A program made the translations under genes and the position numbers. From Candidatus Lustribacter sp. (GTDB lineage Bacteria; Vulcanimicrobiota; Vulcanimicrobiia; Vulcanimicrobiales; Vulcanimicrobiaceae), in the NCBI GenBank assembly GCA_965277805.1, contig OZ255842.1, forward strand, positions 5,344,001 through 5,408,000: 64,000 nt of DNA, written 5' to 3'. The notes under the pieces were generated by a model. The model saw only the letters and a program-made list of their open reading frames with translations, was not told the DNA's origin and searched no databases. Numbering within the stretch: position 1 is the stretch's first letter; the number at the start of each line of letters is the position of its first letter. Below, piece after piece: positions 46,024 through 58,310 of the stretch.

Positions 46024-46806
46024 ATGCTGATCGTCCTGAAGTACGGCGGGAATGCGATGACGGCCGGGGCCGAAGACCCGGTGCTCGATGAAATCGCGGC
46101 GCTCGCGCAATCCGGGATATCGGTCGTGCTCGTGCACGGCGGCGGTCCGCAGATCGACGCCGCGCTGCGCGCGCAGGGCATCCCAGAAGAGCGCGTCGAG
46201 GGCTTGCGGGTGACGTCGGCGGCGGCGCGCGACGTCGTCGAAGCCGTGCTGTGCGGGAGCGTCAACAAAGATCTGGTGCGCGGGCTGCTCGGTCGCGGCG
46301 CGCGCGCGTTCGGGCTTTCGGGTCAGGACGGCGCGTTGCTGGAAGTGCGGCGGATGCTGATTGCCGGGCACGATCTCGGCTACGTCGGCGAGCCCGTCAA
46401 CGTCGACGTGGGACTGCTCCGCGGTCTGCTCGGCTTGGGGCTGCTGCCGGTGATCGCGCCGATCGGAATCGAACGCGCCGAGGGTGTCGCGCTGAATCTT
46501 AACGCGGACACGGTTGCCGGTGCGATCGCCGCCGCGCTGCACGCCGACGCCTACGTCGTGCTGACGAATGTGGCCGGCGTGCGGCGCGATCGCGACGATC
46601 CGGCAACCGTCATTCCGCGTCTGACGATCGCCCAGGCGCAGAATTTCCTCATAGACGGCACGTTTTCCGACGGCATGCGCCCGAAGATGCGGGCTGCAAT
46701 CGAGGCGGTTGCCGGGGGGGCGCAGCGAGCGGTGATCGGCGCGGCGGCGCGCGACGGAATCGCGGGAGCCTTGGCCGGTTCGGGTACAGAGCTGGTGCGC
46801 TCTTAA
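46024..46806 (+). CDS. argB: Acetylglutamate kinase
   Basis: VLKYGGNAM, VHGGGPQI, GLRVT, GLSGQDG, NLNADTVA, GMRPK. Confidence 0.94.
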   Translation: MLIVLKYGGNAMTAGAEDPVLDEIAALAQSGISVVLVHGGGPQIDAALRAQGIPEERVEGLRVTSAAARDVVEAVLCGSVNKDLVRGLLGRGARAFGLSGQDGALLEVRRMLIAGHDLGYVGEPVNVDVGLLRGLLGLGLLPVIAPIGIERAEGVALNLNADTVAGAIAAALHADAYVVLTNVAGVRRDRDDPATVIPRLTIAQAQNFLIDGTFSDGMRPKMRAAIEAVAGGAQRAVIGAAARDGIAGALAGSGTELVRS

Positions 46807-46923
46807 GACATCGGCCGTAGCGCACCACCCCAGATGGCTGGTAGCCTGTACCCCCCACCCGTTTCGGCAGGAACCTGCCGGCGGTGACGAGATGCCTCTA
46901 TAGCGCGCTCCGACGGAAATAGT

Positions 46924-46952
46924 TTTCAAAGGCACGCAATTAGCGGTATAAC
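46924..46952 (+). promoter_or_regulatory. Putative sigma70 promoter of ppdK
   Basis: TTTCAA (46924-46929), 17 bp spacer, TATAAC (46947-46952) in an AT-rich patch. Confidence 0.5.
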
Positions 46953-46990
46953 ACGGGGGTTCAGCCCACCCACCTGCTGCCCACCACCGC

Positions 46991-49711
<2,721 letters not shown>

Positions 49712-49719
49712 CCGCGGCG

Positions 49720-51144
49720 ATGTCGGGTCACGCGGATCTTCCCGGCAGTGAGGTTCGAGCGAAGCTCGACCATCCCGTCATCGACGCCGACGGCCACACG
49801 ATCGAGTGCGAGTGGCTGCTCGACGAGTATGTCCGCGAAGTTGCCGGCCCGGAGATCCAAGCCCGCTGGCTGAAGCGGCCGGCGCCGTACGGCCCCACCA
49901 AGATGATCTGGTGGGGCTATCCGTCGGCGGCGCACACCGCCGACCGCGCGATGTCGCTCTTCCCGAAGTACTTCGCTGCACGGATGGAAGCGTGCGGCAT
50001 CGACTTCGCGCACATGCTCACGACGGCCGGCCTCGCGACGCTCTACGTGCGCGACGACGAACTCCGCGCCGCCGGTTGCCGCGCGCTCAACACGATGTAT
50101 GCCGACATGTTCCGCGACGTGAAAGACCGTATCCGTCCGGCCGCGGTCATTCCGACGTACACGCCGGAAGAAGCGATTCGCGAACTCGATTACACGGTGC
50201 TCGAGCTCGGTCACAAGGCCGTGATGGTCGGCACCGAGATTCGCAAGCCGTATCCGGAAGTGTTTCGCGATGCGCCGCAATACGGGCAGTTCGCCGAACG
50301 CTGGCAATCGATCGCGATCGACCCGCCGCACGACTACGATCCGTTCTGGCAACGCTGCGTCGAACTCGGCGTTGCGCCGTTGTGTCACACCTCGCACATC
50401 GGTGCGCAGCACCGGCGCTCGGCGTCGAACTACGTGTTCAACCATCTCGGCATGTTCGCCGGCGGTGCGGAGCACTTTTGCCGCGCGCTGTTTTTGGGCG
50501 GCGTGACGAACCGCTTCCCGACGCTGAACTTCGGTATGCTCGAAGGCGGCGTCGCATGGGCCGTGACCCTGCTCAACGACATCGTCGAACATTTCGAAAA
50601 ACGCAACGTGACGGATATGCTCGAGAACCTCGATCCGGGCAAACTCGACATCGACTTGCTGGCGGATTTGGCGGCCGAATACGGTGACGAGCGCATTACG
50701 GCCGCGCGCATTCGGGAGCGCCCGCACTCACGCAGTTCCGAACCCAAGCGTCCCGAGCTTTTCGACGAGTTCGCGGCCAGCGGCATGACGGAGATCCACG
50801 ATCTGCGCCGGCTCTTCTGCGAGAACTTCTATTTCGGGTGCGAAGCCGACGACCGCATGATGTCGGTCGGTTTCAACCGCAAGCTCAGTCCGGTCGGTCA
50901 GCCGCTCAAGGCCGTGTTCGGTTCGGATATCGGCCACTGGGACGTGATGGACGCAACGAGCATTCTCTCCGAAGCCTACGGTTTGATCGGCGCGGGGCTC
51001 ATCACGCAAGACGATTTCAAAGCGTTGACGTGGACGAATCCCGCGTCGCTGCACCTGCGCATGAATCCGGATTATTTCAAAGGCACGGTCATCGAATCGG
51101 AAGCCGAGAAAATTAAAGCGAAGATGAGAATTCCGGCGGGGTGA
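49720..51144 (+). CDS. Amidohydrolase-family protein (Amidohydro_2-like)
   Basis: VIDADGH, YDPFW..C.ELG, GGV..RFP.LNF..LEGG..W, FGSDIGHWD. Confidence 0.85.
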   Translation: MSGHADLPGSEVRAKLDHPVIDADGHTIECEWLLDEYVREVAGPEIQARWLKRPAPYGPTKMIWWGYPSAAHTADRAMSLFPKYFAARMEACGIDFAHMLTTAGLATLYVRDDELRAAGCRALNTMYADMFRDVKDRIRPAAVIPTYTPEEAIRELDYTVLELGHKAVMVGTEIRKPYPEVFRDAPQYGQFAERWQSIAIDPPHDYDPFWQRCVELGVAPLCHTSHIGAQHRRSASNYVFNHLGMFAGGAEHFCRALFLGGVTNRFPTLNFGMLEGGVAWAVTLLNDIVEHFEKRNVTDMLENLDPGKLDIDLLADLAAEYGDERITAARIRERPHSRSSEPKRPELFDEFAASGMTEIHDLRRLFCENFYFGCEADDRMMSVGFNRKLSPVGQPLKAVFGSDIGHWDVMDATSILSEAYGLIGAGLITQDDFKALTWTNPASLHLRMNPDYFKGTVIESEAEKIKAKMRIPAG

Positions 51145-51198
51145 CTCGCCGGGGCCTGCGCGCGCGTTTTATGTCTGTCCAGAAAGGATACGGAGCAG

Positions 51199-51510
51199 AT
51201 GAAATTTTTCGGCAAACATCTTCAACGGTTCGGCGCCGGCGTGGTGCTGACCGGACTCACGTTCTCGCTCGGCGCGGGGATCGCGTCGGCGCAGTGGTAC
51301 AACGGACCGCCGCCGCCGCCACCGCGCTTCGAACATCACCCGATGCGTCCCGGCTACGCCTGGGAAGGCGGACACTGGTACCGCGCGGGCGGCCGGTGGG
51401 TTTGGGCGCCCGGCCGTTACATCGCCGGAGCGCCGGGCCGACACTGGGTTCCCGGTCACTGGCGCATGGGTCCGCAAGGCCGCTTCTGGGTCGCCGGCCA
51501 CTGGTCCTAA
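51199..51510 (+). CDS. Secreted YXWGXW/WXXGXW-repeat protein
   Basis: Signal peptide, poly-Pro, then GYAWEGGHW, WVWAPGRY, HWVPGHW, FWVAGHW. Confidence 0.85.
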   Translation: MKFFGKHLQRFGAGVVLTGLTFSLGAGIASAQWYNGPPPPPPRFEHHPMRPGYAWEGGHWYRAGGRWVWAPGRYIAGAPGRHWVPGHWRMGPQGRFWVAGHWS

Positions 51511-52709
51511 CGCGTAGCCGCAGTTAGTCCGCGGTAGCCGTAGTACCAATCGGACTCGCTGTAGTCCGTGGCGCTGCGCGCTTGCAGCATCGCATCCCGG
51601 CTTGCTTTGAGCGGGCCGGGATGCAAGTGCCAGTAGTCACCCCACGACCGCGCTTGCGTTTGCACGCGTGCGGTGCGCGGTGCGCGTTCGGCTTCGTAAG
51701 CGTGAAAGACCGCGGCGGGATCGGCGCCGGCCGGCAGATCCGCGAGCATCGCACCGAGCACCGCCGTATCTTCGAGCGCCTGGGCCGCGCCTTGCGCCAG
51801 GTACTGCAGCATCGGATGCGCCGCATCGCCGAGCAGCGTCACGCGATTGCGGGTCCAATTCGTCACCGGCAAACGGTCGAACATCGGCCAGCGGCGCTGA
51901 CGGCCCATCTGCGCGATGCCCGAACGCACGAGGTCGGTACCGGTCGCAAACATCTCGTCGAGTTCGTCGGGCAGACCCCAATCGTCGCCCGCGCCGCCTG
52001 CCAGGTAACGGCGGCTCTTGAACACCGCGACCTGGTTGTAGAGTTCGCCGCGGCGCACCGGGTACTGCACGAGATGCCGGTCGGGTCCGGTCCAGACGAT
52101 CACGTTGTCGAAGCCCGCCGACGCGGAAACCTCGCCGATCGGAATCGTGCCGCGATAAGCGACGTAGGCCGAACAGATCGGATCGCCGTCGTTGAAGATC
52201 GCTTTGCGCACGCCCGAGCGCAGGCCGTCGGCGCCGATCACGATGTCCGCTTCGTAGCTCGATCCGTTCGTACACGTGACGACCGTCGTCGCAACGCGGT
52301 CCTCGACCGTCGTTGCCTCGCGGTTCGCTTCCAGCGTAACGTTGGGTTCGGCTTGGCACGCCTTCAACAGCACGTCGAGCAAATCGCTGCGGTGCATCAC
52401 GAAGTACGGATAGCCGTAACGCGCGAGAAACGGTTCGCCGAGATCCATCGACGTGAGCTGCTCGCCGGACGTCGAGTCCATCCAGACCAGGCGCTGCGGG
52501 AACACGGCATAGCTGTGGATTTCCTGGAGCACGCCCAACTGATCGAGCGCCCAGGATGCATTCGGCGCGAGTTGGATGCCGGCACCGATCTCGACGAATT
52601 CGGGAGCGCGTTCGATCACGTGCACCTTGCGCCCGCGGCGTGCCAGGCCGAGCGCAAGGGCAAGGCCTCCGATGCCGCCGCCGACGACGAGAATTTGGGT
52701 ACGTTCCAT
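51507..52709 (-). CDS. FAD-dependent monooxygenase, 3-hydroxybenzoate 6-hydroxylase-like
   Basis: VVGGGIGG, EIGAGIQLAPNA, YGYPY.V.HR.DL, HLVQYPVRRGELYN, GDAAHPMLQYLAQGA.QALED. Confidence 0.85.
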   Translation of the reverse strand: MERTQILVVGGGIGGLALALGLARRGRKVHVIERAPEFVEIGAGIQLAPNASWALDQLGVLQEIHSYAVFPQRLVWMDSTSGEQLTSMDLGEPFLARYGYPYFVMHRSDLLDVLLKACQAEPNVTLEANREATTVEDRVATTVVTCTNGSSYEADIVIGADGLRSGVRKAIFNDGDPICSAYVAYRGTIPIGEVSASAGFDNVIVWTGPDRHLVQYPVRRGELYNQVAVFKSRRYLAGGAGDDWGLPDELDEMFATGTDLVRSGIAQMGRQRRWPMFDRLPVTNWTRNRVTLLGDAAHPMLQYLAQGAAQALEDTAVLGAMLADLPAGADPAAVFHAYEAERAPRTARVQTQARSWGDYWHLHPGPLKASRDAMLQARSATDYSESDWYYGYRGLTAATR

Positions 52710-52789
52710 CCCGGACAATCTTTCACTCGGATTCGCTCGCTCCCGCCGGGAGGCGGGACGTTTGCCGCGCGGCTAACGTATGAGGGAAT

Positions 52790-55471
52790 ATGCAGTTACG
52801 ACAGTGGGCCGCCGGCGGTGTTTTGAGCATGCTACTCGCGGCTACGGCCTTGGCTGCACCGTCCGCCGGGTCGAGCGCGACCGACGTGCTGAAGGCTACC
52901 CTGCGCAACGGCCTCCAGGTCGTGATCGTACGCAACACGCTCGCGCCCGTCGTCTCAACCGATCTGAGTTATCTCGTCGGGTCGCGCGACGATCCGCCGG
53001 ATATGCCGGGAATGGCGCACGCCCAGGAACACATGATGTTCCGCGGGACGAAGAATCTCAGCACGGCCGAGTTGGGCACGATCGCAACCGCACTCGGCGG
53101 GCAGTTCAACGCCGAGACGAGCGAGATGACGACTCAGTATCAGTTCACCGTTCCGGCGGCCGACCTCGATGCCGTGTTACGCATCGAGTCCGATCGCATG
53201 CACGGCGTGCTTGACCTTCAGTCGCAATGGCAGAACGAACGCGGCGCAATCGAACAAGAAGTTGCGCGCGACGAAGCGCAGCCCGGCAGCGACTTCTTCA
53301 GCGACGCGTCGGCACTGGCATACAAAGGCACGGTCTACGAGCATCCGGGGGTCGGTACGAAGGCCGCGTTCGATGCGCTCACCGGACCGCGCTTGAAAGC
53401 ATTTTGGGATCGCTGGTATGCGCCCAACAACGCGGTGCTGGTCATCGCCGGCGACGTCGATCCGGCCGCCACGCTCGCCTCGGTGCGCGCGCATTTCGAA
53501 GGGATTCCCGAAAAGAAGATTCCCGCCCATCAGAGCGCGCAGTTCCAGCCGCTCAAGCGTACGGTGATCCGCCGCCCGACGACGCTGGCCTATCCGCTGG
53601 CCGCGATCGGGTTCCGGATGCCCGGTCTCCAGGATCCGGACTTTCTCGCCTCGTTCGTGTTGCAGGGCGTGCTCGGCGCGGATCGCGGTGCGCTGCACGA
53701 ACTCGGTGACGACGGCCTTGCGCTCGACGGCGAGTGGACGACGATGCCCTACGTCAAAGAAGCGCAACTCGGCTTCGCCGTCGCAGCGCTCGCGCCGGGC
53801 AGCGATCCGGACGCGATGGTCAAGAAGCTCGAGTCGATCATGACGAACTATCGCGATCACGGCGTGCCGGCCGAGTTGTTCGAATCGACGAAACGCCGCT
53901 TGATCGCCGACCAAGAGCTCAGCCGCAACTCGATCTCATCTCTGGCATCGGATTGGGCCGACACGATCGCGGTCGATCGCGAACCCTCGATCGCCTACGA
54001 ACAAGAACTGATCGGCCGCGTCACGCTGGCCGACGTCAATCGCGTCGCGAAGCGCTATCTCGACGTCAACCATGCCGTCATCGGCGCGCTGACGCCGTCG
54101 GTCGGGGCATCGCAATCCGCCGCTCCGGCGCCGGCCGGCCTGAGCCGCGAGAACCCGCTCGGCAAAGAACAGACGGTCACGCATCTGCCCGACTGGGGCA
54201 ACGCGCTCGTGCACGACGTGGCCGTCCCCAATACCGGGCTCGCGCCGGTGCAAACAAAACTCGCCAACGGCATTACGCTGATCGTGCAGCCGGAGACGAT
54301 CTCCGATACGGTGTTCGTCTACGGCTCGGTTAAGACCGCACCGCAGCTCGAAGAACCGCTCGGTCAAGACGGCGTCTCGCGCGTCGTCGAAGGCGTCTAT
54401 CCCTACGGTACGCTCACCCAGGATCGCGAATCGTTTCAGCGCTCGCTCGATGCGATCGACACCGCGCTCGAAGGCGGCAGTTCGTTCGGCATGCAGACGA
54501 CGACGCGCAGCTTCGACCGCGCCGTATCGCTGCTGGCGCAGAACGAGCTGCAGCCGCGTCTGGATCAAGCCACGTTCGACATCGTCAAACGCCGCGCGGT
54601 GGACCAGCTGCAAACCGAGCTCAACAGCACGCATAGCGTTGCCGTGCAGCAAGCCGCAATGAAGCTGCTCCCGTTCAACGACCCCGAGCTGCGTCAGCCG
54701 ACGGTGGCCGGCGTGCAAGGGCTCTCGCTCGACCAGGCCAAGGCGTACTACGCGAAGACGATGCGGCCCGATCTGGCCACGATCGTGGTGGTCGGTAACG
54801 TCACCCCCGCACAGGCGCGGGCATCGATCGATCGCGCGTTCGGCGGCTGGCATGCCAGCGGCCCGGCGCCGGTGGTCGATCTGCCGCCGGTCCCGCTCAA
54901 CCCGCCGGGCGACGTGAAGATTCCGCTGCCGGGCATTCGCCAGGACTACGTGACGCTCGAACAGCTCGTTCCGTTGTCGCGTTCGTCGCCGCAGTACTAC
55001 CCGCTGGTGCTCGGCAACACCGTGCTGGGCGGCGGATCGGTTAGCCCCGAGCAGAGCCGTCTGTTTCGCGACATCCGTCAGAACGCGGGGCTCGTATACA
55101 GCATCGATTCGCAATACGCTTCGAACGGCGCGCGCTCGCGCTTCTCGATCGATTTCGCCTGCGCGCAAGGCAACGAGCCGCGCATCGAGTCGATGATCGA
55201 CGACGAGCTCGCGCGGCTGCGCAAAGAGCCGATCGGCGATTTCGAACTCGGCTTGATGAAGGCGTCGGTCGTGCGTCGCGTGGTGCTCGGCGATGCGTCG
55301 GCGTCCGGGATCGGCGAGATGCTGCTCAACGACGCGGTGAACGGGTTGCCGCTCGACCAAACGCACATCGACGCGCAGCATCTGCTGGCGACCGATGCGC
55401 ACGCGATCCAAGAAGCCTTTGCTGCCAACATCCACCCGGAGAATTTCGTCCGGACGATCGAAGGGCCCTAA
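52790..55471 (+). CDS. Exported M16 (pitrilysin-family) zinc peptidase
   Basis: Signal peptide; TLRNGLQV, inverted zinc motif HAQEH.MFRG, WYAPNNA.LVIAGD; the second half has LFRDIRQNAGLVYSI. Confidence 0.92.
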   Translation: MQLRQWAAGGVLSMLLAATALAAPSAGSSATDVLKATLRNGLQVVIVRNTLAPVVSTDLSYLVGSRDDPPDMPGMAHAQEHMMFRGTKNLSTAELGTIATALGGQFNAETSEMTTQYQFTVPAADLDAVLRIESDRMHGVLDLQSQWQNERGAIEQEVARDEAQPGSDFFSDASALAYKGTVYEHPGVGTKAAFDALTGPRLKAFWDRWYAPNNAVLVIAGDVDPAATLASVRAHFEGIPEKKIPAHQSAQFQPLKRTVIRRPTTLAYPLAAIGFRMPGLQDPDFLASFVLQGVLGADRGALHELGDDGLALDGEWTTMPYVKEAQLGFAVAALAPGSDPDAMVKKLESIMTNYRDHGVPAELFESTKRRLIADQELSRNSISSLASDWADTIAVDREPSIAYEQELIGRVTLADVNRVAKRYLDVNHAVIGALTPSVGASQSAAPAPAGLSRENPLGKEQTVTHLPDWGNALVHDVAVPNTGLAPVQTKLANGITLIVQPETISDTVFVYGSVKTAPQLEEPLGQDGVSRVVEGVYPYGTLTQDRESFQRSLDAIDTALEGGSSFGMQTTTRSFDRAVSLLAQNELQPRLDQATFDIVKRRAVDQLQTELNSTHSVAVQQAAMKLLPFNDPELRQPTVAGVQGLSLDQAKAYYAKTMRPDLATIVVVGNVTPAQARASIDRAFGGWHASGPAPVVDLPPVPLNPPGDVKIPLPGIRQDYVTLEQLVPLSRSSPQYYPLVLGNTVLGGGSVSPEQSRLFRDIRQNAGLVYSIDSQYASNGARSRFSIDFACAQGNEPRIESMIDDELARLRKEPIGDFELGLMKASVVRRVVLGDASASGIGEMLLNDAVNGLPLDQTHIDAQHLLATDAHAIQEAFAANIHPENFVRTIEGP

Positions 55472-56544
55472 GCGAGGAGCGCCTCTAAGACGACGCGCGC
55501 GCGTTCGGGCCCGAGCGCGAGCGTGGCATCGCCGGTGCTTATTTCCCACTTGGTGATGCCGTCGATAGCGGTTGGTGCGGTGCGAAGGATCGTCCACACG
55601 CCGTGCTTCTTCGCGATCGCGGCCACCCGCTTCGCCAGCGTTTCCGGCGCTACGCGCAAATAGCAGTGGAACATGTTGGTGGGCGGCGGCGCCGGCTGCA
55701 CGCGCACCGTCCCTGGCTGCGCCGCGGCGAGTTTCGCGAGCCACAGCGCGGCATCGCGATACGCCTTCATCTTGGGAATGCGCAGGTCGAACGAGGCTTC
55801 GGCAACGTTCGCGTACGGATAGAGCGCCATCAGGTTGCCACCGTGACGGCGTTGCCAAATACGCGCTTCGTCGATCAGCGGCCGCGAGCCGCAGAGCATC
55901 GCGCCGGCGATCGCGCCGATGCCCTTGTAAAACGAGACGTAGACCGAATCGAACAGCGCGGCAATCTGCGCGTAGGTGCGGCCGTAGTACGGGGATGATT
56001 CCCACAGGCGCGCACCGTCGAGGTGCACGTGCCAGCCGCGTTCGCGCGCGAGATCGGTGATCGCGACGAGTTCGTCCCAGGCCGGGAGCAAACCGCCGAG
56101 CTCGCGCTGTGGGAGTTCGAGCAGCAGCGTCGCGACCGGCTCCGCCAACTGCTGCACGTCGGCGAGTGCGATCGGCGTCACCGCTGATGCAAGCGGGACG
56201 AGGTGCAGCCCGTGCAGGCGCGTGATGCCGTCGCGTTCGTGCAGGGTGAGGTGGTTGGTGGGATGCGCGGCGAACGTGCGCAAACCGTCGCGATCGGCGA
56301 CGATACGCAGTGCGATCTGCTGCGCCATCGTGCCGCTCGGCATGAACACCGCGGCGTCCTTGCCGAGCAGCTTCGCGATGCGCGTTTCGAATGCGTTGAG
56401 CCGCGCGCCCGCGCCGTAGAGATCGACGTCGTCGCGCGGCTCACCGAACACGCCCGGTGCTGCGTAGATCTCGGCCGGATCGGGCCGTCCGTGCCCCGCG
56501 ATCGCGTCCTTGCAGTCGAAGCGATCGAGGGCCGCCGTCTTCAT
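55468..56544 (-). CDS. Low-specificity threonine aldolase / beta-eliminating lyase family
   Basis: AVFMPSGTMAQ, HLDGARLW, FDSVYVSFYKG.G. ATGA overlap with the upstream gene. Confidence 0.87.
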   Translation of the reverse strand: MKTAALDRFDCKDAIAGHGRPDPAEIYAAPGVFGEPRDDVDLYGAGARLNAFETRIAKLLGKDAAVFMPSGTMAQQIALRIVADRDGLRTFAAHPTNHLTLHERDGITRLHGLHLVPLASAVTPIALADVQQLAEPVATLLLELPQRELGGLLPAWDELVAITDLARERGWHVHLDGARLWESSPYYGRTYAQIAALFDSVYVSFYKGIGAIAGAMLCGSRPLIDEARIWQRRHGGNLMALYPYANVAEASFDLRIPKMKAYRDAALWLAKLAAAQPGTVRVQPAPPPTNMFHCYLRVAPETLAKRVAAIAKKHGVWTILRTAPTAIDGITKWEISTGDATLALGPERARVVLEALLA

Positions 56545-57638
56545 TGCCAAACAGTTCTCGCGGTGTCGACGACGAGCCCGAGTTTCGCCCACTGCTCGGC
56601 TTCGGTCATCTCGTTTCCTTCCATGACCGAGGCGAAGCCGCACTGCGGAGAGAGCGCGAGATTTTCCAGCGGCACGAATTTCGAGGCTTCCTCGATCCGC
56701 TTGATGAGCTCCGCTTTGTCTTCCATGCGCGGCAGCTTGCTCGAGATCAAACCGAGCACGACCGTTTTGCCCTTGGGAACGAAGCGCAGCGGTTCGAACG
56801 AGCCCGAACGTTCGTCTTCGTACTCGAGCAGAAAGCGGTCGACGTCGAGCGAACCAAACATTTTCTCCGCGATCGCGTCGTAGCCGCCCTCGGCGTACCA
56901 CTTGCTGCGGTTGTTGCCGCGGCATAGATGGATCGCCAGTTCGACGCCGGGCTTCCGCGCCGCTTTGAAGCACGCATTGTCGGCCGCGATTGCTTCGTCG
57001 AGCAGTTTGTCGGGATCGCCGCCCATCTCGGCGCGCAGCCACTCGCGCCACTTCGGATCGAGATAGTAGCTGTAGCGCGGCGCATCGATCTGGATGTAGG
57101 GCACGCCCTCGGCAGCGAGCGTGGCCATTTCGCGCTTGATGATCTCGGTGATGTCGTGCAGCAGGTCCGAGGGCTCCGGATAGGCGTCTGTGCTGGCGCC
57201 CTTTTTCCAGGCGATCGCCGGAAATTGCGTCGCGCTCGGCAGCGTCATCTTGTAGGTGCGGTGCGCGTTGGCTTTGAGGAACGGCACCTCGTGTTCGGTG
57301 AGGCCCCGTTTCTGCTTGAGTTTGCTGGTCACGATCCCGCGCAGCGGTTGGGCCGCGGGCACGCTTCCCTGCGATTTCCACGTGCGCGGGATGCCCTCGC
57401 CGTAATCGAAGCCGTCGACGGCGGCGGTCAGATCACCCATGAAACCGTTGCGCCGAAACTCGCCGTCGCTGAGGACGTCCAGCCCGAGTTCGCGCTGCTT
57501 GTCGAGAACGCGCAGCACGGCGGCGTCCTCCAAGGCGTGCAGATGCTCGCTTCCGTCGTCGCCCTGGTGGCGGGCTTCGAGAATGTCGGCGGGTCGGAGG
57601 AAGCTGCCGATCTGGTCGGCGCGAATGACGGCGCTCAT
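56541..57638 (-). CDS. Cobalamin-independent methionine synthase II family protein
   Basis: RADQIGSFLRP, DGEFRR, YIQIDAP; zinc ligands HLCRGN, LEY, SPQCGFAS. Confidence 0.9.
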   Translation of the reverse strand: MSAVIRADQIGSFLRPADILEARHQGDDGSEHLHALEDAAVLRVLDKQRELGLDVLSDGEFRRNGFMGDLTAAVDGFDYGEGIPRTWKSQGSVPAAQPLRGIVTSKLKQKRGLTEHEVPFLKANAHRTYKMTLPSATQFPAIAWKKGASTDAYPEPSDLLHDITEIIKREMATLAAEGVPYIQIDAPRYSYYLDPKWREWLRAEMGGDPDKLLDEAIAADNACFKAARKPGVELAIHLCRGNNRSKWYAEGGYDAIAEKMFGSLDVDRFLLEYEDERSGSFEPLRFVPKGKTVVLGLISSKLPRMEDKAELIKRIEEASKFVPLENLALSPQCGFASVMEGNEMTEAEQWAKLGLVVDTARTVWQ

Positions 57639-57690
57639 AGATGAGTCCTTTTCAGAGGGCTTTCAGGTTAGCGTGTGAGAGTGGGGGAGA

Positions 57691-58308
57691 ATGAAGCGAC
57701 TAATTACTGCCGGTTTGCTCGTTTTGGGTTTGACGGCCGGCGCATTTGCGCAGGGCGCCGCGCCGGTCTTGAACGTGCGCGGCGTGGTATCGTCACTCGA
57801 CGGCAACGTCCTCACGGTGGCAGCACCGATAGGTACGGCCACAACGAAAATCACCCTCGCGCCGAACTTCAGGGTCCAGTACATCGTCAAGTCGGCCCTG
57901 GCGCAAATCGCCCCGGGCAGTTTCGTCGGCGCAGCGGCCGTGCCGCAAGCCGACGGCTCGCTGCGAGCGCTCGAGGTTCAACTCTTTCCGCCCGGCACAA
58001 CGGCCGGCGCGGGCAGCCGGCCGTACGACCTGACCCCCACCAGCACGATGACCAACGGCACCGTCGATACGATCGGCACCGCCAAGGTCGACACGGTCAC
58101 GGCGAAGACACTCACGGTCAAGTATGAGGGCGGCGAGAAGATTCTCACGGTCACGCCCGACACGCCGGTCGTCGCGTACGAGCCCGCGACTGCCGCTGCG
58201 ATCGTAAAGGGTGTACACGTCAACGTTCGCGCGACCCAAGCCGCCGACGGCTCGTTGAGCGCGACCGGCGTCAACGTCGGCAAAGACGGGCTCGTTCCGC
58301 CGATGTAG
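57691..58308 (+). CDS. Exported beta-rich hypothetical protein (DUF5666-like)
   Basis: SD GGGGGAG; signal peptide; RGVV.S.DG..LTV, A.EV.LFP, S.MTNGTV, V.VG.DG..PPM. Confidence 0.7.
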   Translation: MKRLITAGLLVLGLTAGAFAQGAAPVLNVRGVVSSLDGNVLTVAAPIGTATTKITLAPNFRVQYIVKSALAQIAPGSFVGAAAVPQADGSLRALEVQLFPPGTTAGAGSRPYDLTPTSTMTNGTVDTIGTAKVDTVTAKTLTVKYEGGEKILTVTPDTPVVAYEPATAAAIVKGVHVNVRATQAADGSLSATGVNVGKDGLVPPM

Positions 58309-58310
58309 GA

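Noticed and set aside
52730-52760. Hairpin TCCCGCC-GGGA-GGCGGGA preceded by CGCTCGC, faintly like the REP arm
   Set aside because: It lacks the TGTCATCCC and CGAGGGA ends and is too short to assign to the family.
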